A stretch of 63,872 nt of DNA, counting the filler, from Octopus bimaculoides (Eukaryota): the NCBI RefSeq assembly GCF_001194135.2. It is 5 parts of 5 records of this genome, joined end to end, with 100 filler letters (N's around TTAATTAATTAA, not from the genome) between each part and the next. Parts side by side here need not be neighbours in the genome. Positions count along the whole stretch, not along the records: positions 1 to 25,508 come from NC_068981.1; 4 more parts are not named here. One strand, 5' to 3'. Of the stretch, positions 12,246 through 25,508 are shown one piece after another; the stretch's first letter is position 1, and every line of letters starts with the position of its first letter. The translations under genes and the position numbers were made by a program. The notes beneath the pieces are model-generated. The model was not told the origin of the DNA and did no database searches. It was given only the letters and a program-made list of their open reading frames with translations.

Positions 12246-13496
12246 NNNNNNNNNNNNNNNNNNNNNNNNNNNNNNNNNNNNNNNNNNNNNNNNNNNNNNN
12301 NNNNNNNNNNNNNNNNNNNNNNNNNNNNNNNNNNNNNNNNNNNNNNNNNNNNNNNNNNNNNNNNNNNNNNNNNNNNNNNNNNNNNNNNNNNNNNNNNNNN
12401 NNNNNNNNNNNNNNNNNNNNNNNNNNNNNNNNNNNNNNNNNNNNNNNNNNNNNNNNNNNNNNNNNNNNNNNNNNNNNNNNNNNNNNNNNNNNNNNNNNNN
12501 NNNNNNNNNNNNNNNNNNNNNNNNNNNNNNNNNNNNNNNNNNNNNNNNNNNNNNNNNNNNNNNNNNNNNNNNNNNNNNNNNNNNNNNNNNNNNNNNNNNN
12601 NNNNNNNNNNNNNNNNNNNNNNNNNNNNNNNNNNNNNNNNNNNNNNNNNNNNNNNNNNNNNNNNNNNNNNNNNNNNNNNNNNNNNNNNNNNNNNNNNNNN
12701 NNNNNNNNNNNNNNNNNNNNNNNNNNNNNNNNNNNNNNNNNNNNNNNNNNNNNNNNNNNNNNNNNNNNNNNNNNNNNNNNNNNNNNNNNNNNNNNNNNNN
12801 NNNNNNNNNNNNNNNNNNNTAGATAAATAGATAGATATCGATATATATGTATATATATATATATATATATGTGTTTGTGTGTGTGTGTATGTATGTACGC
12901 ATCTGTATGTATGTATGCATTTATGTATAAATATATGTGCGCGTGTTAAACTTTTACAGGGATAAAGCTCAGAGTAATTTCAAAGTTCCGTCTTTCTTCC
13001 TTCCGTCAAACTGTCTGAAGAAAACAAGCGAACCGAAACTTCGAAGTCCCTGTCAATTTTTTCCCTGTGAAAGTTGCCTAAATTGAACTCTAATAAGACG
13101 TGTTAAGTAACCCTTCAGTTTTAATATAAAATTCTTTCTAAATATAACTGGACATAAACGCGCACGCACACATACACACACACACACTCATATATATATA
13201 CATATGTACATGTAAGTATATATGCTTATGGTTGCATGCATCTATTTACATCATCTAAATAGGTCGTTATTTGGAGAATCACTCCACTGAGATTTTCGAG
13301 TCAAATTACAAAGTGAGATTACCCCCCGATCAGATAGGATAAAAATATGGAGGGGCCGGAGGTGGAGCACTTCACCATCAACAGACCACTCCATCAACGA
13401 TAAGTTACAAAACCAACGCAATCCCTAGAACCCCTACCTTGTATGTTTTATAATTGTATGTTTTATAATTGTATGTTTTGCAATTGCTGTTGTTAC

Positions 13497-13535
<39 letters not shown>

Positions 13536-13639
13536 CATTTAATTCAACTCCCTTAGAAATATCAGAATCCTTTGTGTTCCATTAACCTTATTTTACTCTC
13601 CTTCCTCTGGCCTGGAAGCTGCCCGGAAGGGAAGGTTTA

Positions 13640-13981
13640 TCTTGTCAAGAATGAAAAAGCCAGAAGAATTTTATTTTTGCTGGTTTTTTTTCTTTCTCTT
13701 TCTCGTTGCTCATCTTTGTTATTCTGTTGCTGGAGCTGATAGGATATATTACTGTTGTTGTTATTGTTGTTGTTATTTATGTTGTTCTTCTAATTGTGGT
13801 TGCTCTTGCTGCAATTTTTCTTCTTGCAGCACGTATTGCCGTTCTTACTACAATTGTACAATTGCTAATACAAATGCATTTGTTTTTGCTGCACTTTATA
13901 ATTTTAATCTTCTAGTTGTTATTTCTGAAGTTGTTGCAGTTTTTGCTGCAGTTCTACATTATTCTTGTCATTTCCATTTCC

Positions 13982-14046
<65 letters not shown>

Positions 14047-15093
14047 TGTTGTTGTTGTTGTTGCACTAGCAATTATTGTTGTAATTGCTGTTATTCTTTC
14101 CCCTGCAATTGCTTTACTATTTGATACAATTGTTGTGGTCTACGCTTTTGTTACATATTGCTGTTCATGTTCCTCTTATCGATCCTCCATGTTGCTGTTG
14201 TTCTTACTTTTGCTGCAGCCTTTTTCTGTTCCTGCTACAGTTGTTGCAGCTGTAGCAACATTTGCTGCTGCATATTATCGTTGTTGTTTCCCGCTGTCGT
14301 AACGATTGTCGTTGCTTATGTTGCGGTCATTGACATTGCTAATTTTCCTTTTCTGCCATTTTCTTATGTTGTTGATGTTGCAATCGTTGTCCTTCTGGTT
14401 GTCGCAGTTTTGTTTGTTGTTGTAGCTGCAGTTTTGCAGATGCATATTGCTGTTGTTTTTGTTGCAGTAATTTCAATTCTGCAGCTCTTGTTACCGTAGA
14501 ATATTTTAACGTCTTTCCACTGAATCAAATCCTCATTCTCTTTTGTTCTCCTGCCCCTTCTTTCCTCTTCTTCCTTCCTCATCTTCCTAATCTTCTCCAT
14601 ATTTAATCCACTTTTTCCAAGACAAACCGCATGTCTTGCGTCTTAGCGTTCGAGATATGTGTCAAACCATTCCGTCGTCTCTCTTCTGCTGTGTCACTCG
14701 GTAGAAAACAACAAGACGCTTACGTTTTCACACCCTCACTCTACTTACCATTCCCATCAAAACACCACCTCTCGCCACTTCCGGTAAACAGCGCCACCCA
14801 CCCTAAAATATTTATTATGGATCAAAAGCAAAAGAGGTACAACCACACTACCACCACCACCACCACCCCACCACCACAAATACCAACAACAACAGCAGCA
14901 GCAACAATAACAACATCGAAAAGATAATAGCAACAACAGCAAGAACGACAATAAAAACAACAGTAGCGGAAATATGGAAATCGGCTTCTTCTTCTTCTTC
15001 TTCTCCTCCTCCTCCTCCTTCTTCTTCTTCTTCTTCTTCTTCTTCTTCTTCTTCTTCTTCTTCTTCTTCTACTTCTTCTTCTTCTTCTACTAC

Positions 15094-15162
<69 letters not shown>

Positions 15163-15193
15163 TAAAGCAATAACCACCACCACCACCAACACC

Positions 15194-15273
<80 letters not shown>

Positions 15274-15275
15274 GT
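13640..15275. repeat. Compound trinucleotide low-complexity region (GTT/GTA, ACC, CAA, CTT, CTA)
   Basis: Direct; a unique spacer lies at about 14500-14830. Confidence 0.85.
14743..14790 (-). promoter_or_regulatory. Possible promoter/short first exon: ETS site CCGGAAGTG followed by donor GTAAGT
   Basis: Minus strand CCGGAAGTG (14784-14776) then AATG|GTAAGT (GT at 14748-14747) in a CpG-containing unique patch; motif-level evidence only. Confidence 0.2.
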
Positions 15276-15907
15276 AAGAGAGAGAGAGAGAGAGAGAGAC
15301 AGCCATAAAGAATGAAGACGTAATCCTACCAGCCAGATTTAGGCAGGAATTCGCAAAAATAAAAGAACAGCACGAAAAAAGTAAGAAAAACGCTAAAAAA
15401 AATATAAGAAAACAAGAAAACACAAAACCAAAGCAAATATAAGAAAAAAAAACAACTAGAAAAAATAACCACTAACCCACATCAATGTCAGTGGAGCCAG
15501 AAACACGGAAACCTGTAATGATGTCGGCTAGATGGTGATAGAAACTGTGTCGAACCAAGCATGGCCTCCATTGGGAATTTACATAAACATAATATCCTTC
15601 CACATTATTGCAGTTTCTTTTACAGAGTCTTTATAATATATTTATTGCATGTTTGGGTCTTCGTTGTGGAGCAGAATTATGGCTTCTCGGCTCTTTCAAA
15701 GTCATACAGTACAATATTTGTTTTTTTCAGACCGATTATTTCAGTCGCTCCGATAATTCATTACATACGCGTTTTACATTAATACATAGGCACGCGCACA
15801 CGCATACACATACAGACACAGTCACACAAACACACACACAAACATATACATATATACCCACATGTGTTCATAAATACATACATACATACATTATTACATA
15901 CATACAT

Positions 15908-15998
<91 letters not shown>

Positions 15999-16239
15999 TG
16001 CCTCCATGCTCAAACTGCTTACACATTCACACACACACACAAACATATACATATATAACCCCAGTGTATTCATAAATACATACACATATATATACATATA
16101 TACATATATACATACACACATTGGCGCATCCACGGTCAAACTTCTTACACACTTACACACACCTATATATATGTAAATATGAGCGCGCAAATGCATACAT
16201 ACGTACTTACATATATATATATACATATGTACGTATATT

Positions 16240-16350
<111 letters not shown>

Positions 16351-16657
16351 TTAGGAAGGTTAGATGTGAACTAGAACCACTCTCGAATAATGAACTGAAG
16401 GCGGAGTTAGTATTGCAGAACATTGTTATATATTACGTTAGATTATAATGATTAACCACAGATGTGCGTATATGTGTCATTTTAAAAGTAATATTTTCGT
16501 TTGAAAATCTCGTTTAGAGTGAAACATATGGCTATATGTAAAGAATTATTGTTAGCTAACATAATTCATAGTAAGTGTGTGTGTATGTAATGCGTATATG
16601 TAAATGATGTATACATGTGCATGTTTGTGTATGTGTATGTGCGTGTAAATTTGTAAA

Positions 16658-16710
<53 letters not shown>

Positions 16711-16711
16711 T

Positions 16712-16753
<42 letters not shown>

Positions 16754-16824
16754 CACACAGACACACACACATACACACACATATATATATATAAAGTGAT
16801 GGTTTGTTGCCAACTTAATGTGGC

Positions 16825-16890
16825 AGTCTTCAAGATGGTGCCCCAGCATGGCCGTAATCTAATGACTGAAACAATAAAATATAAAAGATA
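16825..16890 (+). mobile_element. Isolated family A SINE / CR1-type 3' tail
   Basis: GGTGCCCCAGCATGGCCGTAATCTAATGACTGAAACAATAAAA. Confidence 0.65.
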
Positions 16891-18169
16891 ACGAATGTAT
16901 ATATATATATTGAAATTTTATATGTATATATATTGAATTTTTTCTAGAGAACATTAATATTATTTTTTTTTTTGTGGTTAGATCGTAGATGATCTCTTTC
17001 TAGCATATCGGATGTCCACTTAGTAGTCATCCCTTCTTATATGCATGTAATACAATTTTTCTGAATTTTCAGAGTTTTCTATATGCTAGGCCACTGGTTT
17101 TAAATTGATGTTAATTAAATTAATATTCAATTTATCACCCTCAGTATATAAATATATATATTTGCATATATAAATAAATGTATACATGTTTGTACACACA
17201 CACACACANNNNNNNNNNNNNNNNNNNNNNNNNNNNNNNNNNNNNNNNNNNNNNNNNNNNNNNNNNNNNNNNNNNNNNNNNNNNNNNNNNNNNNNNNNNN
17301 NNNNNNNNNNNNNNNNNNNNNNNNNNNNNNNNNNNNNNNNNNNNNNNNNNNNNNNNNNNNNNNNNNNNNNNNNNNNNNNNNNNNNNNNNNNNNNNNNNNN
17401 NNNNNNNNNNNNNNNNNNNNNNNNNNNNNNNNNNNNNNNNNNNNNNNNNNNNNNNNNNNNNNNNNNNNNNNNNNNNNNNNNNNNNNNNNNNNNNNNNNNN
17501 NNNNNNNNNNNNNNNNNNNNNNNNNNNNNNNNNNNNNNNNNNNNNNNNNNNNNNNNNNNNNNNNNNNNNNNNNNNNNNNNNNNNNNNNNNNNNNNNNNNN
17601 NNNNNNNNNNNNNNNNNNNNNNNNNNNNNNNNNNNNNNNNNNNNNNNNNNNNNNNNNNNNNNNNNNNNNNNNNNNNNNNNNNNNNNNNNNNNNNNNNNNN
17701 NNNNNNNNNNNNNNNNNNNNNNNNNNNNNNNNNNNNNNNNNNNNNNNNNNNNNNNNNNNNNNNNNNNNNNNNNNNNNNNNNNNNNNNNNNNNNNNNNNNN
17801 NNNNNNNNNNNNNNNNNNNNNNNNNNNNNNNNNNNNNNNNNNNNNNNNNNNNNNNNNNNNNNNNNNNNNNNNNNNNNNNNNNNNNNNNNNNNNNNNNNNN
17901 NNNNNNNNNNNNNNNNNNNNNNNNNNNNNNNNNNNNNNNNNNNNNNNNNNNNNNNNNNNNNNNNNNNNNNNNNNNNNNNNNNNNNNNNNNNNNNNNNNNN
18001 NNNNNNNNNNNNNNNNNNNNNNNNNNNNNNNNNNNNNNNNNNNNNNNNNNNNNNNNNNNNNNNNNNNNNNNNNNNNNNNNNNNNNNNNNNNNNNNNNNNN
18101 NNNNNNNNNNNNNNNNNNNNNNNNNNNNNNNNNNNNNNNNNNNNNNNNNNNNNNNNNATATATATATAA

Positions 18170-18700
18170 TCTTTAAAATGTTTCAGCTTCAAAGCTGCGG
18201 TCACGCTGGAGCACCACCGTTGATTTGCTACACCATTATTTGAAACCTCCGCTGATATGTGGCATTTGGTCAATGAGGGAGTTTGATGCTGCTGTCCTCA
18301 CCTGTGTTTCCTGCCGTGAGGTAGGCTTGTCTGGAACCCGTAATAGGAAGAAATCCAGTTTTGTTTTAAAGACACTTACGTTCACACCATGCATTTTGGA
18401 AGGATATTAAACAGCTGTGGGTCCTTGAAGCCCAAGCTGTCGCAGTATCTGGTCCTGTATTTTTATGGCGATGCTGGGATCTTTGGCACTATGCAGTGGC
18501 GCCCCGTTCTGCTGTTTGGGTAACTTTCAATGCCAAAGTTTGGTACACGGCCTTTTTTCTAGATGTATATCACTGCATATCTCTCCTACTTTCGTTCTAG
18601 GGAGAAGAGTTTTAGTTCTTTTAGTCTTTCCCAGTAGCTGATACGTTGCATCGAGACAATTTTCTTAGTGTAGCTTCGTTGGATTGCTTTGAGTTCAATG
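18170..18700 (-). mobile_element. CR1-group LINE 3' fragment
   Basis: ELKAIQRSYTKKIVSMQRISYWERLKELKLFSLER...RYAVIYI...FGIESYPNSRTGRHC; 3' end GGTGCTCCAGCGTGACCGCAGCTTTGAAGCTGAAAC. Confidence 0.85.
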
Positions 18701-18879
18701 CTACTTCGGTTACAATCTTTTCACAGCAAATCATCTTGAACACAAACACTGAATTAAAATATCGGAGTATTCACTCAAACCCAGGCAAACACCTACCTCT
18801 GTAACGGAACAAAAACGGTCCTCACAAAAGAAAGATCACCTTCCTTACTAGCTTCGTGTGAAGGAAAGCCTATGTCTTT

Positions 18880-19250
18880 CGCCTTCAAAGATCCTTTGAG
18901 GACATTGAGGGTAATATGGTTAACGTCGATCTTGAGCGAGAACTGCAGGATAAAAGATTTTCATGGCGCGAATCGCTGGAAGGAGCTTTATTCTAGGGAA
19001 AAAGGAATGGATACAAAAGTTAGCGTGAGGCCTGGAAGGGGACACATCGTGAGAGAACGACTTCTGAGTTGGGTAATACCTGAGTTGAGGAGGTATGAGG
19101 GCGATGGTGCCTGAGGTGGAGTAGTAGGAGATGAATAGAGTAGACGTCACGGTAGCAGTGATAAAAAAAGGGACAGTAAGAAGATATTGCATGTCTATGG
19201 ACCAGCGGTAGCTTTCAGGGTAGAAAACGAGCACCTTTTCTTTGGAATCG
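18880..19250 (-). mobile_element. Degenerate CR1/L2-group (Daphne/Crack-like) LINE C-terminal fragment
   Basis: LFISYYST...LIPP...SHDVSPSRPHANFCIHSFFPRI resembles the LFYRYY...SFFPRT..LWNSLP C-terminal region. Confidence 0.5.
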
Positions 19251-20319
19251 ATCTAGGTTGTTCTTGTGCTTTGAGATGTGAGGGCACAAAATCCACTTGG
19301 AGCAAGCTTAATTATATTGCATTACAGCAGATGTATCAGCAGTAAATACGTTATCATCGTATTTTAAGATCTGCTCATTGTCAAGATACACTATCTTTTT
19401 ATGCAAGTTATTTATGTTTTAAAAAAGACATGCCGATTCTTGAAATACGTACCTTTCAGGAAATAACAATATTAGGATTGTTACAATTATGGAAGTAATT
19501 GCTTATAATAGTTACTAAATTCATCCACCATCCAGTTACTAACAACCAAACTTCTGTAGAAATAGTGACAAATCACTTATGAGGATAAACATAAGCGTGT
19601 TCCATAAAATACCAGAAACTTTAAATTGTGTTGGATAATTCGCAAACATTTGTTAACCCTATACTTTTTTATACGTATATCCCGAGATATATCTAATCCT
19701 TTGTAATGTAAAAAAAAAATATGACTCTGAGATATATATCTCTCAAATCGCGGTTAACAATAAAGATAGTCAAATCTCGTTTTCTCACGTTCCATAAAAA
19801 CGAGATCCACGAAACCCGTTATTTTTTCTTTTGCTGTTTAACATGTTAAATATCGATTGAAATCTAAAGATTATATTTATTTATTACTTTCATGAAACTT
19901 CTCCAGTTATCTTTAATAGAATCATCAAAGAGTTAATGTACAATACCAACGAAGAAATTTTATTACAGTATATAATTTTTGTAAACCAGAAATTTCCCTA
20001 ATTTTGAACTAGACAAACTAATAAAGGCACAACCATGGCTGCCTGGTTAAAACGTTCACTCCACAGTTACAGGTTTCAGGTTTGAACCCACTATACGGCT
20101 ACATTGCCAATGAATTGTATCATAATCATTATACATACATACACATATGTAAATACATACATACATANNNNNNNNNNNNNNNNNNNNNNNNNNNNNNNNN
20201 NNNNNNNNNNNNNNNNNNNNNNNNNNNNNNNNNNNNNNNNNNNNNNNNNNNNNNNNNNNNNNNNNNNNNNNNNNNNNNNNNNNNNNNNNNNNNNNNNNNN
20301 NNNNNNNNNNNNNNNCACT

Positions 20320-20480
20320 AACCCTTTTTCTATTTTCTCTCCCTGTTTATTTCTGTGTTCCTTTCTGTCGAAGAGCGTAGGCTCGAAACGTAAAAGACTT
20401 TCTCACTTCCCGAGCGTTAAACTAATACATCTGTTTGTTGTTTACACACCCGTCTTCGTCTTTTGTTTTTCGTAAATTCT
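20320..20480 (+). mobile_element. PLE terminal-repeat-like fragment carrying a hammerhead-like motif at 20361-20396
   Basis: CTTT-CTGTCGA-A-GAGC-GTAG-GCTC-GAAAC-GTA-AAAG: helix I CUUU/AAAG, helix II GAGC/GCUC, ACGU palindrome. Confidence 0.6.
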
Positions 20481-20639
20481 CACTATGTACATATATATGT
20501 ATCATTAGCCTACATCCAAGGTTGTTATAATGTACATTGATACCTTTCATCCATTTACTTTGGCTTATTCAGAATGACTAGAGTTTTGAAGAATAACTGA
20601 CTCTATCCGGTCTGTGAGATCTAGTTTCTGCTTCAATTC

Positions 20640-21230
20640 CAGGTCTTACCACTTGTACAACATCTATGACTGAATGCCAATTTTCCAGCACCACTACACA
20701 AAGAAGACTGACTCGGTGAAACAGATGAGTGACTGGGAAAGGCTACAAGAACTGAAGCTCAACTCCATGGAGGGAAGGCGAGAAAGGTATGCAGTGATAT
20801 ACATATGGAAGATTCTGGAAGGTCTAGCTCCCAGCTTTGAAATTAAAAGATATAACAACCGCCGAACTGGACGGCACAGCATACTACCAAAGATACGGTC
20901 TTCTTCATTTCAGATAAGGGCCCAGTATTGCAACAGCTTGGGTTTCAGGGAACCGCAACTGGTTAACATCCTGCTAAGGAACCTAAGACATCTGCAAAGT
21001 GTTGATATGGAAATGTCCAAGGAGCACCTGGATATATTTCTGTCTGAAATCCCAGGTGATCCCACATCACGGCTGGAGGGACAAGGAAGAGCAACTTCGT
21101 CCAACTCGGTTCTCTGCCAAAAACAGTACCGAAAGGAGACCCCCAACACACTGAAAGGTAATGCTCCAGTATAGCCCCAGCCTCTTCCTGAAACCGGTAA
21201 TAGAATAAAAGAGAAAGAATAAAAAAATAT
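20640..21230 (+). mobile_element. CR1-group LINE 3' fragment (ORF 20674-21174)
   Basis: DWERLQELKLNSMEGRRERYAVIYIWKILEGLAPSF...RTGRHS...YCNSLGFREPQLVNIL; homologous to 18170-18700 and 63280-63872. Confidence 0.88.
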
Positions 21231-22124
21231 TTATATANNNNNNNNNNNNNNNNNNNNNNNNNNNNNNNNNNNNNNNNNNNNNNNNNNNNNNNNNNNNNNN
21301 NNNNNNNNNNNNNNNNNNNNNNNNNNNNNNNNNNNNNNNNNNNNNNNNNNNNNNNNNNNNNNNNNNNNNNNNNNNNNNNNNNNNNNNNNNNNNNNNNNNN
21401 NNNNNNNNNNNNNNNNNNNNNNNNNNNNNNNNNNNNNNNNNNNNNNNNNNNNNNNNNNNNNNNNNNNNNNNNNNNNNNNNNNNNNNNNNNNNNNNNNNNN
21501 NNNNNNNNNNNNNNNNNNNNNNNNNNNNNNNNNNNNNNNNNNNNNNNNNNNNNNNNNNNNNNNNNNNNNNNNNNNNNNNNNNNNNNNNNNNNNNNNNNNN
21601 NNNNNNNNNNNNNNNNNNNNNNNNNNNNNNNNNNNNNNNNNNNNNNNNNNNNNNNNNNNNNNNNNNNNNNNNNNNNNNNNNNNNNNNNNNNNNNNNNNNN
21701 NNNNNNNNNNNNNNNNNNNNNNNNNNNNNNNNNNNNNNNNNNNNNNNNNNNNNNNNNNNNNNNNNNNNNNNNNNNNNNNNNNNNNNNNNNNNNNNNNNNN
21801 NNNNNNNNNNNNNNNNNNNNNNNNNNNNNNNNNNNNNNNNNNNNNNNNNNNNNNNNNNNNNNNNNNNNNNNNNNNNNNNNNNNNNNNNNNNNNNNNNNNN
21901 NNNNNNNNNNNNNNNNNNNNNNNNNNNNNNNNNNNNNNNNNNNNNNNNNNNNNNNNNNNNNNNNNNNNNNNNNNNNNNNNNNNNNNNNNNNNNNNNNNNN
22001 NNNNNNNNNNNNNNNNNNNNNNNNNNNNNNNNNNNNNNNNNNNNNNNNNNNNNNNNNNNNNNNNNNNNNNNNNNNNNNNNNNNNNNNNNNNNTATATATA
22101 TACACATATATATATGACGGGCTT

Positions 22125-22275
22125 ATTTCAGCTTCCGTCTACCAAATCCACTTACAAGGCTTTAGTCGGCCCGTGGCTGTGGTAGAAGAACACACTTACC
22201 CAAAGTGCCACGCAGTGCGACTGAACCCGAAGTCATGTGGTTGGGAAGCAAGCTTCTTACCACACAGCCCCTCCT
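22125..22275 (-). mobile_element. Family A SINE head/CORE part
   Basis: Reverse complement match to family A. Confidence 0.8.
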
Positions 22276-22653
22276 GCAACACATATGCATGTTCGTATGT
22301 ATGTATGTATGTATGTATGTATGTATGTATGTGTGTGTGTGTGTGTATGTATGAAACATTGCATATATGTTTTCATAAGAAGGAATTAGTTTACATTTTA
22401 GGGAGGGCTTGATACAAATTTATGAACGTTCCCTTCCAGAAACTATCAACGACAATAATAATGTCTGCCTAAAGTTACTGTCACCAGTTTCAGTCTGTCT
22501 AGACGAGTGTTGCGATGGCAGCAATAAAACTACGACACAACTATATTAAACGAAATAATTAATCATCGACTAATTAAAACCTTTAAATAGTGCAAATGAA
22601 GGAAGTATGAATAGGAATTTCTTCCCGGAGCTGACGCAGAGGCAGTGGGATTT

Positions 22654-22687
<34 letters not shown>

Positions 22688-23240
22688 GATAAGAGAGAAA
22701 GAGAGAGATGGGATAGGAGATAGAGGATAGATGAAGGGGAAGGTGTTTAAGGTAAGAGAAAGTGGAGTGGGGTGTGGCAGAAACTAACCTGAAATTTATC
22801 GTTTGAGAGTGGAGGATGTTTTTTGCATTAAGAATTGAAATATAAGGATCTAAATTGAAATGACGCGAAGATAAGAATCTTCGATTAGAATGAATGAATG
22901 AATGAATGGAGCAATAGTAAGAGGGGGGAGTGGGCTGGGGGAGGATTAAAAAAAAAGGAAGGAAGGAAGGAAAGAAGGAAAGAAAGAAGTGGTGAAAAAA
23001 AATTAAGAAGGAGAAAAGCTGGAAAGTGTGGGAGGAAAATTCAAAGCAAACAATTAAAAAGTGAAAACGAAGAATTGAGTGGGTTTCAGGGAGGAGAAAT
23101 AGAAAATGGATTAATGTGTGTGTGTGTGTTAGAGAGAGAGATAGAGAGTGTGTGTGTGTGTGTGTATATATTTACATACATTTACAAAGTTATTCCCTAA
23201 CATTTTTCTCATACGAAAACCTTTAAATAACGTGATTATT

Positions 23241-23298
<58 letters not shown>

Positions 23299-23515
23299 CT
23301 ATTTATCTCTCTTTCCTTTCGTTTTATGCATCCTATGAAGACATAAATATATTTTCAGTTAATCTATTTCGTGAAAATATTTGTATGAATATACTTTTCT
23401 CGTTTTTACTTTCACACATATATAACTACACAGAAAAGAAACATTTGCTCCTTTAAAATACACATACATACATACATACATACATACATACATACATACA
23501 TACATACATACATAC

Positions 23516-23802
23516 AAATCAGCTGCCCGGCGGATGTTAACATAAAGCTGTAGATCAGTGAAAAAGAGATCACCTCTGCTGAACTATTCAGAAATCCGCA
23601 GTTACTTTATCCAGATTACAAGTTCAGATTTATACCTGTAATTATTGGGGCCCTAGGATATGTAACACACTGCCTAAATACCAATCTTGAGAAATAAGGT
23701 TTCTCAAAACCAGAAAGGAGAAAGCTAATTCGAAGACTACAGATCCAATCCACCAGTGGAACTGTAAAAATCTGTAAAACTTTCCAGAAGTTTATCATTT
23801 AA
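23516..23802 (+). mobile_element. 5'-truncated REL-LINE fragment (second family) abutting (CATA)n
   Basis: ISCPADVNIKL*ISEKE...YPDYKFRFIPVIIGALGYVTHCL...GTVKICKTFQKF with in-frame stops; starts directly after (CATA)13. Confidence 0.85.
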
Positions 23803-24479
23803 ATATATATATGTGCATGTCTATATATGTAACTATATAAAAGCTTCTTTTGCTAAATTCAAGAGAGTTCTTGGATCTGAGATTATCTGAAGCCTTTGAC
23901 GATTGTGTATATGAATCTGTGTGTGTATGTGCGTATTTTGTCTGCCTATGACTGTGTGTGTGCGTTGACTTGTACCTGTATGTGTACGGTGTCTACACCA
24001 AAGAGACGTACAAACGCACACATACAGCCCATTGAGGTAAAAGAATAGTTTAACCAAAGGAAAACATCAACAACAATAACAACAACAACAACGTGTGTAC
24101 CATTATTTTTCCAGCTGTTATAATTCAAATAAAATTGCTTCGTTAAACGTAATTAGAAATATATTAATTAACAAGGACAGCTACTAAATATTTTTCATTA
24201 GTAATTAATGTCACGTGAAGACCACCTAGGAGGAGATAATTTTCATTCAGCAAACCACTTCCACCTTAAAACCTTAAACACCAATTGATCAGTAAGTCAA
24301 AAGTTGTGATAAGTGATATGACGTCGTGAAATATCAACCAGAAAACCAATATGATACCATTTGAAGGTCTATGTTTGAACTAAGCAAACCACAGACCACT
24401 CGTTTGGTAGACATTCTCTTGTGAGTTGACAGAATTGTTAAACACTATGAACGGTATAAACTTGATATGTTGGGTTACT

Positions 24480-24692
24480 AAGGCGGCAAGCAGGCAGAAA
24501 CGTTAGCACGCCGGGCGAAATACTTTGCGGTATTTCGTCTGCCTTTACGTTCTGAGTTCAAATTCCGCCGAGATAGACTTTGCCTTTCATCCTTTCGGGG
24601 TCGATAAATTAAATACCAGTTGCGTACTGTGGTCGATCTAATCGTCTGCCACCCTCCTCCAAAATTTCGGGCCTTGTGCCTAGAGTAGAAAA
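24480..24692 (+). mobile_element. Family B SINE
   Basis: Full head, TTTGCCTTTCATCCTTTCGGGGTCGATAAATTAAATACC, tail GGGCCTTGTGCCTAGAGTAGAAA. Confidence 0.85.
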
Positions 24693-25014
24693 CGTTATGT
24701 TGGGCTACTGAAGGCATTAACGGAAGCTGCTTTAATTAACTCTAATTCAACGTACTTAATTAAATGATTTGTCACAAGTGTCCCATAATACGCTCTGCTA
24801 TTATGTGTTCTATTTGCTAGACTTCTGGTATCACAAGTATTTCTGTCCCTCTCAATGCAGATCATCAGCAGCAATAAAGTGGTTAACGCCTGAGCTAAAT
24901 GTATCAGAACATTTGTTTTCTTTGTATGGTCCTTAGCGTTTCGAGTTCATATTTGATTATGGTCAACTCGTTGTTTAACCAATCCTGGTTTGATTACACA
25001 TACATAGCCTTAAC

Positions 25015-25055
<41 letters not shown>

Positions 25056-25070
25056 TAAATAGATAGATTG

Positions 25071-25301
25071 AAAGGCGGCGAGCTGACAGAAACGTTAGCA
25101 TGCCGGGCGAAATGCTTAGCGGTATTTCGTCTGCCGTCACGTTCTGAGTTCAAATTCCACGAGGTCTACTTTGCCTTTCATCCTTTCAGGGTCGATTAAA
25201 TAAGTACCAGTTACGCACTGGAGTCGGTGTAATCGACTTAATCATTTGTCTATCCTTGTTTGTTCCCTCTTTGTTTAACCCCTTATGGGCAATAAAGAAA
25301 T

Positions 25302-25305
<4 letters not shown>
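25071..25305 (+). mobile_element. Family B SINE with alternative tail
   Basis: Same head and central motif; tail TTTGTCTATCCTTGTTTGTTCCC...GGGCAATAAAGAAATAAG. Confidence 0.8.
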
Positions 25306-25350
<45 letters not shown>

Positions 25351-25508
25351 GACAGACAGACAGATAGATAACTTTCTTTATTGGCCACACAGGGCTGAAC
25401 ACAGAGGGGACAAATACAAATGTAGAGCTTTTCTTTTCGAAAATGAAAAAAAAAGGGGTAAAATAAGAAAAAAAGTAAGATTCTGATCAATCGGGATCGG
25501 GGTGGGGT

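Noticed and set aside
13010-13050. CTGAAGA...GAAACTTCGAAGTC hammerhead-like string
   Set aside because: Helix III palindrome present, but no helix I or helix II pairing.
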